64,000 bases of DNA. It comes from Xylographa opegraphella. Taxonomy: Eukaryota. The stretch spans positions 248,001 to 312,000 of the forward strand of contig JALDZX010000003.1 in the NCBI GenBank assembly GCA_022813865.1, given 5' to 3'. A program made the position numbers and the translations under genes. The notes below the pieces were generated by a model that worked only from the letters and a program-made list of their open reading frames with translations, was not told where the DNA came from and did not search any database. Below are positions 39,601-53,382 of this stretch, piece by piece (position 1 is the stretch's first letter; every line of letters starts with the position of its first letter).

Positions 39601-40479
39601 ATCAGAAATATCTGGAGAGTCAGATATTATTTCACTTGCAGCATCATCGACAAATCCTGGTTGGAGCAGGTGACGGTGCGATATTGGCCCTTCAATTGGG
39701 ATAGGGGTTTCATCGGGAACCTCTCCCAGTTCATCTTCCTCCGCATCCAGGAGCACAGCTTGTAATGATGATCCTGCACGTTGTAGTCCAGGCATTTTTG
39801 AAAACGGTGTAATTTTTCCGGTGCGTATGAGGTAATCCCGTTGGCTTTCGTTAAGCATCCTCCGATTGCCAGCCTGCTCGTTCTGCTCATCTTTCTCCAA
39901 GTCCCTCTGTCTCTCACTGATACGCTCCTGAATCTCTTTAGCATCGGTATCGAGACTATCGATCTGCGCCTTATAATTCGCTATTTCGGCCTGCAAGCGG
40001 ATCGTGGTAGCTGATCCGGTAGGCAGGCTCAATCGACTCTGGATTTTGCGAATTTGAACTGCAAGCTTTCTGGGCCATGATTAGCATCAGGGTGCGATCC
40101 CAAAACCCCGGCGCATCAACGACATACTCTTTATCGGCTTGAGTCTTTTGCAGGCGCTTTTCGTCTCTCTCAATCGCCTGCCCAGTAAGTAGTTGATCTG
40201 CCTGATGATCCAACTGTTTAGCCGGTACGATTCAGTGCGGTTGAATGATATAGCACTCATGCTTACCTGACGCCCAATATTGCGTTCAAGCTCATCCTGG
40301 TCGACCACTTCAGCTGCAAGACTTCGAAGACGACCAGCCTCGTCGTCACTGGGAGTTTCGTCCTTGCCAGCAACAGGTGTTCTCGTAGTATCGATGTCAT
40401 CGACCGCAGTTACCTCAGCATTATTGGATTTCGATTCCGAGCCGAGTCCATCGCCATCGATATCCATGGACGATGCCAT
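36601..40479 (-). CDS. RAD26: SNF2-family transcription-coupled repair ATPase Rad26/Rhp26 (CSB)
   Basis: RDYLIRTGKITPF, LFDYQKTGVRWLWELY, GIIGDEMGLGKT, LDEGHKIRNP, LLTTKVGGLGINLTGADRV and QARERAWRLGQ. Confidence 0.95.
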
Positions 40480-40985
40480 TTGAGATCACTGTGATCTGTC
40501 TATCGCATGACCGTCCAAGTTGTCGTAAAGCTGCGCATGTTGCGCGCAGATGCGTTGCGAAGGTTATAGTTATACTAACCTCCCTCTCACTTCGCAACGT
40601 ATTGTCATGAGCCTGCTATCGAACCTTACACGCCCCATTGTTGTCAGTAAATGCCATTCTCTAAATTACGTCAATGGATGCCTTGCATTTCTAGAGCCCA
40701 ACTAGCCTAGTACGGACTACCTTAGGATACCGTAGCGTAGTACCCCTGCCAATCCTCGAATCTTCGGCCGCAACAGCGCACACCACTCACGAGCAACCTC
40801 CCATGATGCCTACAACTGGCAACCTGAGCTTGATTCTGCCTCACATTCAATTCAACCTTCTCTGCACATATTTCTGAGTCGGTTCATTCCCAGAAAAATG
40901 CACAGAAACAGACGTTTATCGCGACCGAGGTTTATACAGTGCGTTCGTATCTTCGCTGAATATCCTGTTTGAAGCGCTCTCTCAG

Positions 40986-43900
40986 TCAGCGCAGTGCAAA
41001 TGCGAACAGTGAATCCATCTGCACCCAGACCCAACCGCATTGTTTCACATAACCTTCGATAACTCCCTTAATGGTCTCGAACCGTTCCCGGTTCCACTCC
41101 GCCAGCGCCTTGACTTTCTCCCTATCCTCAACCTTCACTCCCTTCAAGCCATCCATGGTCGCCTTTTCAACATCCCAGATTCCTCGCCAGAACCCTAATG
41201 TGGATCCCACCCCTCGTCCACTTTTCTCCCAACCCATTCGTCCCAAGCAGCCGTGGGCCAGTCCGTTAGGCCCAAGGCATCGATGTCCATGGACACTCAT
41301 GCTCCTTGTCCTCGCTCCGCAGGACGGATCGTCGCACACCAACCAGCCGTCATAGTATTCATTGGCTAATACTCGAATCGCATGCTCCGTCTGCGCAACA
41401 AGGGTGATCGTTTTGAGCAGTTTGCCGCATCCTTCGGCCGGGCATATAATTCCCTTTGGTGTTACATAATTGAGTGAGCCTGCAATACCCATGAATGGGA
41501 ACTTGTGCTTGCAGGTGACACACGTCAGCTGCAGACGAGGGCAATCCTTGTAACGAATCTCGTCCGGTAATTGGCTGTCCAGCGGTGTGATATCCTGCAC
41601 ATTGCTTTCCCCTCTGACTGCTGAAGAAAGAGCATACTTTTTTGGATCAAGTCCCAGGCATTCCGCCAATTGTCCTGCGTCTGTTCCATCAATCGGGGCG
41701 CAGAGCCTTTCAATAGGTGGGAATATTTGCTTTGCGAGGTACCAGTCTATATCTGGCTTCAATTCTCCAGCTGACTTCTGCACATCGAGCGGCGAGAAAG
41801 CTCGCTTGGCGGCGGCTTCGGGTGAGGTTGCTGTCGGGGCTGTGGTTATATAGGATATCACGTCGTTGACACGAACAGATTTCCCGGCAGCAAGAGCTCT
41901 GAGGGCTACTTGGACTTGTGGCATGCTATCTGGCGAAGGGTATGAGCGAGGATCCTTGCCAAGTTTCTGCACAAAGTATCAGTAAGTCACAGAGAAAAGG
42001 ATATTTAGCAAGTGCTGCACTCACAGTATATATGATGAACTTCTGATTAGGAATCTTTTCCTCCCGCATTTGTTGCGCAAGTTCACGAAGGTATTCATGT
42101 ACCTTTCCAACCACAACTTCAGGGTCTTCGCCGGAGAGAATTTCATTGAGCAGTCGAGATGATGCGTCCTTTGACAAAGCGCAATATTCTCGACGTTTCA
42201 TATCCAGACCTTTGACCTCAAGCTTGTCAACATATTTGCCATCGACCTCAACCAGATTGATAGCCGCATATTTTTTCTTGGCATGCAAGAGAAGGCGTCT
42301 GAAAACGTTGTCAATATCAATTTCCAACAGTTTGTAACGATCGTTGACCGAGCGTTTGAATCCGTTGCCAACTTTGAGAGCGGCCTCTACATTGTCGGCG
42401 TTGGTATTGATCATTACAGAATCGGTGTCTCCGTAGATTACTTGTAGCTGATTGCTTTCAGCCAGTTCCTTTGTGCTTCTCAAAATCTCTCTGCCCTTGG
42501 ATGTAGTGAGCATCGCCAGTGGCCTGGCATAAAAACGCGATTGAGTATACCCAAGACAGCCGTACATAGAGTTGGCTGTGAGCTTGAGTGCCAGTTGCTT
42601 GATGTCCCATGTTGCGAGCTGCTCCGAAGTGGCACGTTTGTCCTTCATGAGTTTCTTGACCTCTCTCCGACGGCTAACCAGCGTAGCAATAAGCTTCGGA
42701 AGGATACCTTGGTTCTGATCCGATGGTACTTCTGGAACTTTATCTTCATCGTCGACCTATCCACGTAAGTTCTTGTCCACAACTCAAATTTTGCTAGTAA
42801 CGTACCTGATCAGATCTATCGACGGTCGTGAAACATATGTTGTACTCTTGTATGATACTTGGATACAGACTGTTGAAGTCCATGACCAAGATAAATTTGT
42901 CGTACAATCCTTTTTCCGGCTCAAACACCAAACCACCCTTAAATTTGTCTTTCTTTTTGACATCTACACCCTCTACTCCCTCAGGGGCCACGTCCTCTAC
43001 CTTTTGTTTTCCTTTGCCCCATATCTTATCTGGACAAATGTATTTGTTTCGATGAAATTCGTGGAGTAGAATGTATTCGTTGCGCTCGGCTCGAGTTCCA
43101 CTCAGTGTTCTCGCCCATGAATTTCCCGCCAGATTTGTGAGAACTTTGGATAGGGGCAGCATCTGAACACGGAGAGCGATAGCCGCAATGAAGTAGGTAT
43201 CTGCTTCGCAATGGTTAATATAGTTGGTGAGTCCTTTGGCGGTGGTTGCCCAGGTCTTAAGTGCAACCTCATTATCGACCTCCTGGCGTATGTTTCCATC
43301 GCCGAGATACAGTTCACACATCTCCGTCATACTCCAAGATTGGCACTTTGTCATCAAAGACTTTCCCATGTCATTGGCAATATCGCACAACAATCGCCCG
43401 GATACCAGTTGCCGTTCTGCGAAAAAACTGTTCCCACCTTTGCCTATGTTCTTGGGCCACTCACTACGTCTTAGTCGACCTATGCGATGCCAACCAGGGG
43501 TCTTCCTTTCTCGCATCCGGCTAAGCAGTATGGGGTAATCGACATCTTGTAACTGATGCCCCATGAGGACATCCGGGTCCATTTTCTCCAGAAGCGCAAG
43601 GAACCTAGAAAGCAAAAGCTGTTCGCTTTTCTCTAACATAACAGTCCCCTTCTGCTTCTTACAAGCAGCATCGAAACCTACCGGGAAAGAGCTTTCAGAA
43701 GGACGCATGAGAGTAAAAGTTGTACATGGTAGCTTTTCAGGAGGAGTCGTATCTGTAAGAGAAACGTTTTCATATACACGAGCACTGGCCACAAGAATTT
43801 CCTGCTTGTTCTCTTTGACGTTTAGCACTGTCCTGAGAGCTATACTCATAATCGTGAGAGGTGGAACATCCATCGCTTCTGTTTCCGATAGTGGTGCTAT

Positions 43901-45667
43901 TGACTTAGGTGAGGTAAGTTGTATTTCAAACTTGCACCAGGAAGCGTTGTTTAGCGTCGAGAAAGTGTCAGCGTCAATTGTTAACCAGCATGGACCCATG
44001 ATGTTCTTCCACAGTACAAACTGCTCAAAAAGGGCTGTGTTCGTGCCAAAAACATTCGAGAAAGTTTCTCCTTTCAAATCGCTCGGTAGTGTAGGTTCTG
44101 CGAATTGTTAGAGCAACCAGCAGCTGAGCTAGATCACTTACTATCATGGGGATACATGAGCTTCAGGTAATCGGCTTCTTTAGGTATATCAGGAAGTTCG
44201 AATGCATATTTTCTGGAGCACGGTTTGATCTTATGGATTCCCACACGTAAATTGGTCATAAGCTGGTCTACCTCCTGATAAACATCTTGCATCTCAACTT
44301 CTTTGCTGGTCTCTCGGCCATGTTCTAGGTCAATCAGCAATGTGAAGGAACAGATGGGAACTCTCTATCGTACTTTGCTTGTAGACTCTGGGCAGAAAGA
44401 AAAGTTTCCTTAAGATATTGTCCACTTTAACAAACGCACTGACATACGACCCTCCCAATCTTCTATCTTTGACTTTGCCGAAAAGGCACAAGCTACCGTT
44501 AACTTCGGTATAGTCTGTCCAGAAAAAGCGCAGGCTGCCATCGTTTTCAATGGCATCCTGTACTCGAAGTTTACCAGGATTTGTCGTCAAAGTTGCTGGA
44601 TCACTCAAGACATTAAGTTTCAGGTTTACATCATTCCAAATTGAAGGATCCACTTCATCATTGTTTGGACGTGTTGGGGAAGAGCTTTCGGGCGTGGGAT
44701 AGGATGACGTGCCTTTCTTTGGCAATTTCGTAGGAGGTCGGGAGCCAGATATATTGACACTGGCAATAGTGGCGTTTTGGTCGCCAACAGCCTGTGCGAT
44801 TTCCATCTCATCGTCCTCATTCTCCTCGACCTTGTGTGAAACATGGCCTTTTCGCTCCACGGCTTTTTGAATTGGAGATGATGGTAGCGGGTCATCTATG
44901 ACCATGCCGTCCTCCGCAGAGCCCCCAATATAATCCTCTCCGTCGTCGTAGGCTATTGATTCCACATGCGGTTCGATGACTCGCTGGCCAAGTGCTGTCC
45001 CGGTGCTCAATTTCGTAGGGCGAGATCTGTTCTCCATTGGTGGTGACAGAATTCGAACTTTCCGGCGTGCCTCAATCTTAATAGCCTTGACTGGGAGACG
45101 TGACGGTACGTTGGTATCAACCTCACCGAGAAGATCGGCCATGAACGCGGCATCATCAGCGGTAGCAACAGGCTATGGGGTGACGATTAGTAGTCTTGCG
45201 GTAGAATATGTTCTATGAGTACTGACTTTGGGCTTTGCAACCACTGCGATCGGTCCGTTGCTGAAATACCTGTTGATGCTGTTGTTGGACTTCTCTATTT
45301 TCTCTGTCTCCTCTTCTCGCTTTCGTTTTGCTTCATAGCAAGGTTATTAGTGAGACGATTGAATCCGGGCAGATTATGAGCCCTTACCAGCTTTGCCTTT
45401 CACCGGCAACTCCTCATCACTCCCACTAGCACTGTCGTATTGTTTCTCTCCGACCCATTCCTCACGCCCATCATCGGCATATCCCTGACCATTATCGTCT
45501 ATAACAAAATCATCTCTGTCGAGCCGATCTCTGACTACTTTCTTATAGCCCTCTTCATCAACTTCCTCATACAATCGCTCCTCTTCTTGGACTTTGTAGG
45601 TAGAGAGGCGCGTCTTTCCGGAGGCGCGGAGAGCTTTCAGCTCAGCAAGCCTGGCTGACCTTGACAT
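40986..45667 (-). CDS. POL1: DNA polymerase alpha catalytic subunit (multi-exon)
   Basis: [63 protein letters not shown] and a C-terminal Cys zinc finger. Confidence 0.96.
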
Positions 45668-45830
45668 GGTGGATTCGTGGAAGAACGAAGCAGCACGATT
45701 AGCCAATTATGCAGTGAACAGATCGCGAACCGACTCGAGAGAGAGGCTTCTACTCAAAAGTTGACGGCCATGTTGAGCACTACGATGTGGACGAGGAGCT
45801 AGCTAATGGCTAATAAGTTTCCGAATGAAG

Positions 45831-45853
45831 TCGCGTCGACGCGTTTGACGCGA
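45831..45853. promoter_or_regulatory. Cluster of MCB (MluI cell-cycle box) elements upstream of POL1
   Basis: TCGCGT (45831), ACGCGT (45839) and ACGCGA (45848), about 170 bp upstream of the POL1 ATG. Confidence 0.75.
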
Positions 45854-46208
45854 CACCTTTGTAAATTTCAACAGGTGCTACTTCTAGCTGGGACTCTAGC
45901 AGGCTCGGCCCTCGGCACACAGCACCAGCCGCCTACGTCTACAAGTAGTAGGTGCTGCTGAGGGGAGGTCAACACCATAAGAGTTTACGTCAAGCTGAAA
46001 GAGTACTCTGTACGGAGTTATTGACTGTACGGAGAAGCCTTTGAAGAACTAATCCCTTAACGAATACTATCCCTTTCTCGTTGTCGGGCATACCCAGACA
46101 CTGTATCTGAAAGGTCACTATTATTGCACCTGGTGGAGGACACTCGACGCTTGCACAGTGTGGGCAACCAGCCGGCGGGAAAAGCTACAATACCTTTGCC
46201 ACTATCTA

Positions 46209-46232
46209 TGACTCTGACTCTGACTCTGACGC
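46209..46232. repeat. (TGACTC)3 + TGACGC tandem hexamer, matching the Gcn4/CpcA core
   Basis: TGACTCTGACTCTGACTCTGACGC in the POL1-eIF4G divergent intergenic region. Confidence 0.6.
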
Positions 46233-47339
46233 TTGAACATTCAACCTACAAGCTCTCTCGTACCGGGTAAGTAGAAGGAGGGACGTCTTTGATATAGTCG
46301 TAATGATCAATCGGGGCTCAAATCCTGTATCTGGACTTTCGTGCCCAGAAGCTATGCCACTCGCCTTTCACACGTTCTGTCATCCATATTACTGGTTAAA
46401 TGCTCGGCTATTCTTCGCTATCATCCGGATTCGACGGCAAGTGTAATCAAGCGCAAGATCCAAACCCTTTCATTGTAGGTGATCATCGCCACGGGTCAGA
46501 GAGTGTCTTGCATCCTGCTTATAACAAAGGCCATACAAGTACAAATGTGTTAAGCTCACTCTGGTCTTCGTTTGTGGCAGGACGTCGTCATATGGTAGGA
46601 AATTTGCATGCTTGACGAATGTGTGAATCAAAAGTAATCTGCCTAAGGTAGTTCAATATGTGCACGCCGCTATTGATATTAAGACGCCGGCTGCTCCGCT
46701 GTTTGGCGGAATCCCGCCGAATGCTTAGTGGCTTTCAGGGGGAAACACAATTAAGGTTCGCGGACTACGCCCCCTAAAGTTCTTGTCCATCATCACTTCT
46801 GTCCTCCTGCGTATGTATAGTATTGTTATCTGTCTTCTGTATACGCCGAGTGATGAGGGCGCTCGGCACCGACGATGACTTTAATGTCACACCAGCGTGG
46901 AAATATCCTCCCCTTCGATTATTTTCCTCATCGCAATTTTCTTACTTTCACTCTAGAATCAACTCCCATTACCAAACCTCAACATCACTCCGGCGGGTCC
47001 ACCACAAGGCCCGATACAGGAGAAGAGAATCAAGTTTATCAGTAGCCACCTGCAGAGTTCATTCTTCCACAGCCCGACCACACACGTGCGGAGACGTCAC
47101 TCCTTTTCAGTTCCCCGGTCGTCGGCCTAGGCCAGCAGCCTCACCTTTTGACACTGGGAGCATATTTGCGGTTACCACTGTTCCGCCAAAAGCTCTAGCA
47201 GCTGTCAATATACTCTTGAGCTTTCGTTCAGTCCACTCTCTACTTAATTTCCATTCGCGCTCCAGGATTTGAGATCCGGCACATCTCGTTCTAACTTTCT
47301 CACAACACCGACAAAAATATTTCATCTACAACCGAATTA

Positions 47340-50300
47340 ATGACCAGCATTTCGCATCAACCAGTTCTTCCGCCGCAAGTTCCAAGCTCTGTACCGCAAA
47401 CTGTCGCTCAGGCTAAGTCATCATCTCCTTCGACAGGAGGCACGACTTCGCCACAAGCTGCCGTGCCGGGCGCTGTAACCGGGCGCAGCTATGCAACCGC
47501 GACCAAGAAGACAGCGCCCAATAGCTCAGTAGGAACACCATCCACAGGAGCTGCTCCAAATGGTAAATCAGACTCGATGACCTCAATGAACGGCAAGATC
47601 GCTATACCGCCAGCTGTGCCGACACTGGGATCGCCAGCAATCGTTAATGGCAACAATACTGCAAACAACTCTTCCAGCCAAGGCGATCATATTCGGAAGC
47701 CTTCAGTCACCATCAGTGCTCAGGGTGCTAGCGGACAAATGCCCAATGGAGGTCCAACTGCTGGGAAGCCAGTTGCAGGAAACAACATACAATTCGGGTC
47801 TATGAACAACGCGCCCTCGCCCGTCATAATCCACAGCGCACCGCAGCCTGTGCACTCATCAAACTCTCTTGCCGTTCAAACGCCATCTAATCCAAGGATC
47901 ACGTCACCTGCTAACTCACCGTCTCCTATACCGCAACCTCCCGCAAGTGGAGGAAGACCACCGTCAAGTCTTCAGGCGCAGGGGAATGGCCCAGTCTTCG
48001 GGAGTCTTGTTGAAGATCCAATGGTAATTTATCTCTTCGTTCGATTCTCGAACCACCACTTACTCCTTCACAGCGTCAGCTTCGACCAGGGCAAGTCTCA
48101 GGTTCTTTGACACCGGGTTCGCAAACCACACACCTACGTCGTGAGTCATCGCAATCGGCGCATAGCGACATGGGTAATACCACCATGGCACCCAACGGTG
48201 GTCGTGGAGGCTATCCTCAACAAGGAGGTAGAGGAAGAGGTTTCGCTCCACAATATGCTCAGCCGCAAATGCCCTATTCTCCGAATACGGCCTTCCGAAC
48301 AATCCCTAATCAACCTCGTGCTGGGCAAAACATGAACCAGCAGTACCAACCCCAGAGTCGAGCAATGAATTCGCCTTATCCGAATTCTCCGCATCAAGCA
48401 GCCCGAAGCCCGGCCCTTCCTAACTCGCAGCCCATCCATCCTCAGCCTGGACAGATGCTTTCGATGCCGAGCCCTGGCATGCAGCATTCACCTTATGGTG
48501 GATATCCCCAGCAAATGGGGCCTCCTCAAGTAAAGCCACTATCTTCTTCTTCATCCAAGCACAAATCTTTCCCCTTGAAGAAAAATAAAAAGCAATCCCA
48601 GTCTGCTAATTCCCAGTCTGCTAATTCCCAGTCTGCTAATTCTCACTCTGCTAATTTCTTTGGTCCAATTCCCCTCCCAGACTTAGCACCAGACTCTGGT
48701 CAATTTGAGCACTATCTAATGACGAGAAACCAGAATCAATATGGAATGCCCCAAGGCTATGACCCTTACAATGGCTTCTACGGCCATTATATGCAGCAAC
48801 CGGGAATGCCATACATGACGCCCATTTCGCCTCGACCAGCTTACAACGTGCCGTCGACTCCTCAAACACCATACATATCTGGACAGTACGCTCCTCATCA
48901 ACCACCTTCGATGTCGCGAACTCCGTCCGCAATTTCAGACAGGCCGAACGCAGGTCAGCCCCAAACGCCGATGACTCCTGCAGCGAGTCACACAGCAACG
49001 ACAAATCGTGGCACAAACAGTCCTGCCCCTAAGAGTACTAACTTTGTGATTCCTACTCGAAAGAGTGCAGGTATTGTCATCAAAGACCCAAACACTTTAG
49101 CAGTCAAGACGTTTGACAAGTCACCTGCTTCTCCCGCTCCTCCAAGTAAATCTCCTGCCATTGTGTCTTCTACTCCGACTCCTCCTCCCAGGACTCCAAG
49201 TCTTGCTGATACTCACAGCCGTTCTGACACCAAGGTTGTCAAGACGGATGAAGAGAAGAAGAATGAGATGAGAGACGCTATTGCGAAGAAAATTGAAACC
49301 GACAAGGAGGATGAGAGACGTCAGATGGAAGAAGCGGAAGCGAAGGCACTGAAAGATAAGAAAGACGTAGAAGAAGCTGCCGCTCGGGTCTTGGAAGAGC
49401 AGCGTGTGAAGGAAGATCAAGAAGCGGTAGAGGCGAAGGCCAAAGAAGCCGAGGCAGCTAGACTGAAGGAAGCCGAAGAGGCGAAGGCGAAGGCGGAGGC
49501 GGAAGCTGCTGCAAAAGAAGTTGAAGCTGCGGAGAAAGCAGCTACATCCAGCAAGCAAGAAGAAGATGAAGCCGAGAAGGCTCGGAAAGCAAAAGAAGAA
49601 GATGAATATTATGCTCGGCTGGAAGCAGAAATGGAGCGCGATGAAAAAGAACGAGAGGAGAAATATCAGCTGAAGAAAGCCGCTGAGAAAGAAGAAGCAG
49701 CACGAAAAGCGGCCGAAGCTGCAGTTTTAGAAGACGAAAAGATGAAGAAGGCTGAGAGAGAGGCCGAGGCGGCCGAAGAAGCCCGCATTAAGAAGTTGGA
49801 AGAGAGCGAAGGAGATGACAAAAAAGCTAGGACCGACCTTTTTAAGGAATTGAAGAAGGATGATTCTAATATCCCAGAAATATCTACCCTAGTCGCAGCT
49901 GACACTCCTGCTGAGAGTGGAGCCGCCACTCCAGTCTCCGATACTTCATCTATGGGACCACCGCCAAAAGCAATCGGAGGGAAGAAAGTTCCTGTACCTC
50001 TGAAGATCGAAACGTCGAAATCGGTGGAAGCACCTCAACCAAGCGCGGCACTAATGTCACTGCGCTCTGCACGCTTTCTTACTGTTATTGACGATGTGAC
50101 TTATCCCAAGGCTATTGCTTCACCAAATCCCGCACTCAACAAGTCGGCTCCTATGGGCAAATTCAGGTACGACAAGACCTTCCTTATGCAATTCCAGACT
50201 GTCTTCACGGAGAAGCCGTCAGAGACGTGGGTAGAGAAGGTCAAGGAAACTGTTGGTGATACTTCAGATACCCCAGCATCCGCTCGTGGACCACGTACAA

Positions 50301-52350
50301 CTGGAGGTATGATGAATTCGCGTCAGACTTCGGCGCGAGGAAGCGTACTACCAGGCACCGGTTTCGGTGGAGGTGCTTTTGGTACGTTCTCTGGTGTAGG
50401 GGGTAGAACATTACCGCCAGGCACGACTTCTGAATCAAGATTTCAAGCTTCCTCGCAACCTGCGCAGAGGTCAACAGCTCAAAACCCGGTACGATATAAC
50501 CCAAATGCCGGTGGCGGATTTCCAATGGGTGTCTCCCAATCCATGACGCGGACACCTTCTTCCACTTCAATGGGACATCCGCAATCTCCCCGAAACAACA
50601 CTAGCCAGCGCGGAGCCGGTGGACGTGGTAGCAATAGAGCTAAACCTCAACGTGAAAACGACAAAGACGCAAAGGCCATGCCGATTACCGCTGGACAAGA
50701 GCTGAAACCAATTCAAGTGTCTGCGACTGGCTGGAAGCCTCGGTCCGTGGGTGCTAACGCTGCGGGTATGGCAGGTCCTCCGCCAGGAGGCGATGGATAT
50801 CTTGCACCAGACGTTGTACAACGCAAGGTGAAGGCTGCGCTTAACAAGATGACACCGAGCACTTTCGACAAGATATCTGGGCAGATCCTCGAGATTGTAA
50901 TGCAATCCAAAAAAGAAACGGACGGAAGAACACTACGCCAAGTCATCCAACTTACATTTGAGAAGGCAACTGACGAAGCGCACTGGGCGCAGATGTATGC
51001 TGAATTCTGTAGTAGTATGCTTCAGAACATGACACCGGATATCAAAGACGAGACTTTGCCCCTCGACAAAACTGGGAAAGTTACTGCTGGTAGCACACTT
51101 TTTCGGAAGTATCTTCTCAACCGATGTCAGCAAGACTTCGAGGCCGGGTGGAAAGACAAGTTGCCTGATAAGCCAGAAGGCGAAATGGACCAGGCTGCCA
51201 TGCTATCTGACGAATACTACATCGCAGCAGCTGCCAAGAGACGGGGTCTAGGTCTCGTAAGATTCATCGGCGAGCTTTTTAAGCTTGGCATGCTTACAAG
51301 CAGGATCATGCACATGTGTGTCAAGAGGCTTGTAGATTGGGAAGGAATGCCAGACGAGGCTGAGGTAGAATCGCTTACAAGTCTATTGAAGACTATTGGG
51401 GAGACATTGGACAGTGAAGAGAAAATGCGAACGACAATGGACGCATATTTCCTCCGGATCAATGCTATGATTGGAGTCGAAGGGCTGCCAAGTCGACTGA
51501 GGTTCATGTTGATGGTGAGCGCTCGGCTAATGTTGATACTCTCATAAGCTAATATTGTAAAGGACATTGTCGATATGCGGAAAAAGGGCTGGAAGTCGAA
51601 AGATGCTGCTAGCAAGGGCCCAACTACTCTTGAGGAAGTCAGACAGCAGGTCAGTGTTTTCATGCTAAAATGATTACCAAGCAACTAACACAACGCAGGC
51701 TATCAATGCGGAACGTGAAAAGGAAGCCCAACGTGCTGTGGACTCAGCACGGAGAGGAGGTGGTGGTGGCGGGCGCATGGGTCTTGGCCGTGGTGACGCA
51801 CGTAACTTCTCTGGAGGCGGACAGAACATGCCACCGCCAGACTACCAGAGAAACACTGTCGGAATGGATGATCTGAGGCGACTTGGCAATAGGGGGGGAT
51901 CTCGACAACCCAGCTCTCAAGGCGCCCCATCGTTTGGCCCGACGTCAATGTTCTCAGCCAGAGGATCGAACACTCGCCGAACTCTAGGCCCTGGTGGAGG
52001 CCTTGTCCCTGGTGGCGGTGAGTCTGGCATCTCAAGTCGAACAGCCACTCCCCCAGGGCAGCGCGAGAAAAAGGACAAAGAGGAAAAGGAGGCTGCAACT
52101 TCCGCAAATGCATTCAGGTAAGTCTGGCATTCTGCTGCATAAGCAGAACCCCAGCCTTCCTGGTTGCTAATGCGCCTGCAGCGCTCTTGCAAGTTTAGAC
52201 TCTGGAGAGACTCCCGACCACCCGGCATCTCCACCTTCCGCCAACTCATCATCTCCCGTTGCGAATGTCCGAACCCTTAACGAACGGCAGCGATCAAAGT
52301 CGCCTCTTGCCACGGGTAAGGAGGACGACACGGTCAGTGATGATGCTTGA
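47340..52350 (+). CDS. TIF4631: Translation initiation factor eIF4G (multi-exon)
   Basis: eIF4E-binding YDKTFLM (YxxxxLphi), MIF4G domain VQRKVKAALNKMT...FEKATDEAHW...RRGLGLVRFIGELFK, and RGG/Ser-rich termini. Confidence 0.94.
48596..48655 (+). repeat. 15-bp tandem repeat x4 (TCCCAGTCTGCTAAT; SQSAN)
   Basis: Three perfect copies plus TCTCACTCTGCTAAT, inside the 204-nt in-frame intron candidate of eIF4G. Confidence 0.9.
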
Positions 52351-53382
52351 GCATGGGGCTCTCGTCAACAACTCCGATACCTTCACACAACTCAAGGTCT
52401 CGGAATGCCAAGGGTTACGTCTAATCTTCGCTGTGTATAATCATCCTAGAGCTCACTGCTGGTTTTGCCTCCTGCATCTGCGGCCTGTTCGTTTAGACCA
52501 TGTCTCAAAAGCCTGCTATCTTTCTTTCACATCTTCCCGGCGTTTACCATAGAAGTTCTGCATCTGGTCTCGCGTGCATTCGGCACACGCTGCGCACGCG
52601 CACCCGTATCCATGCTTTTCTATCTTTGTCTTAGGTTTTTTCTTTTCTTACTTGGCACACACACGTGCCTGCAGGCTTCATGGGCTCTTTCGCTCCTGTC
52701 GCATATGTGGACGAGCTTACATACTGGACGGGTGACCACGCCTGTGGCTGTTAGCTTGCATTCGTGCATTTGCCATCGGGATGTGGGTAGGACTCGGGAT
52801 CGCCGAGAGGGTAAAGTCAGGGGATCATGCGTACTATTGTCCGCATGGAGAGTTTAATATGAGAGATTTGTATCATAGTGCCACACTTTCTAGTCATAGC
52901 AAACTTCGGCTACATGCTATCTGCCACGTGTGTCTCACCGTCTGAACTGTGATTCCCAACGCGAATATACTTGGCAGAATTGTCATTGATGGAAAGTGGT
53001 GGTACTCCTAGTAAAGTGTTCGGACAAAATGCAGCCCGAAACGCGGAAGGTCGACTACCTAACTACCTATACACACAAGGTCTTTCACCATGGCTCTAAC
53101 GATGTAGGATATACATGAACAAAACAAACAAGCCGCAGCGTTCCACAGTCCCTACACTGTCAACAAAAAAATACGCCTCGACCAATACCGTGGAATCGCT
53201 GACAAAGGACAAATACTCCAGAACAATTTTCGCGCATTTCCATTCGATTGTTACCGTCGCACAACAAATGTGCCGAAACAAACTTCTGTCTCCAGCCTGC
53301 CCGCAGCTCGTAGCCTGGACGCCCAGAACTCCAAAATGTAGAAGGAGCCAGTCCTTAGAGAATCCCCCCGCCGTTCCAATCA

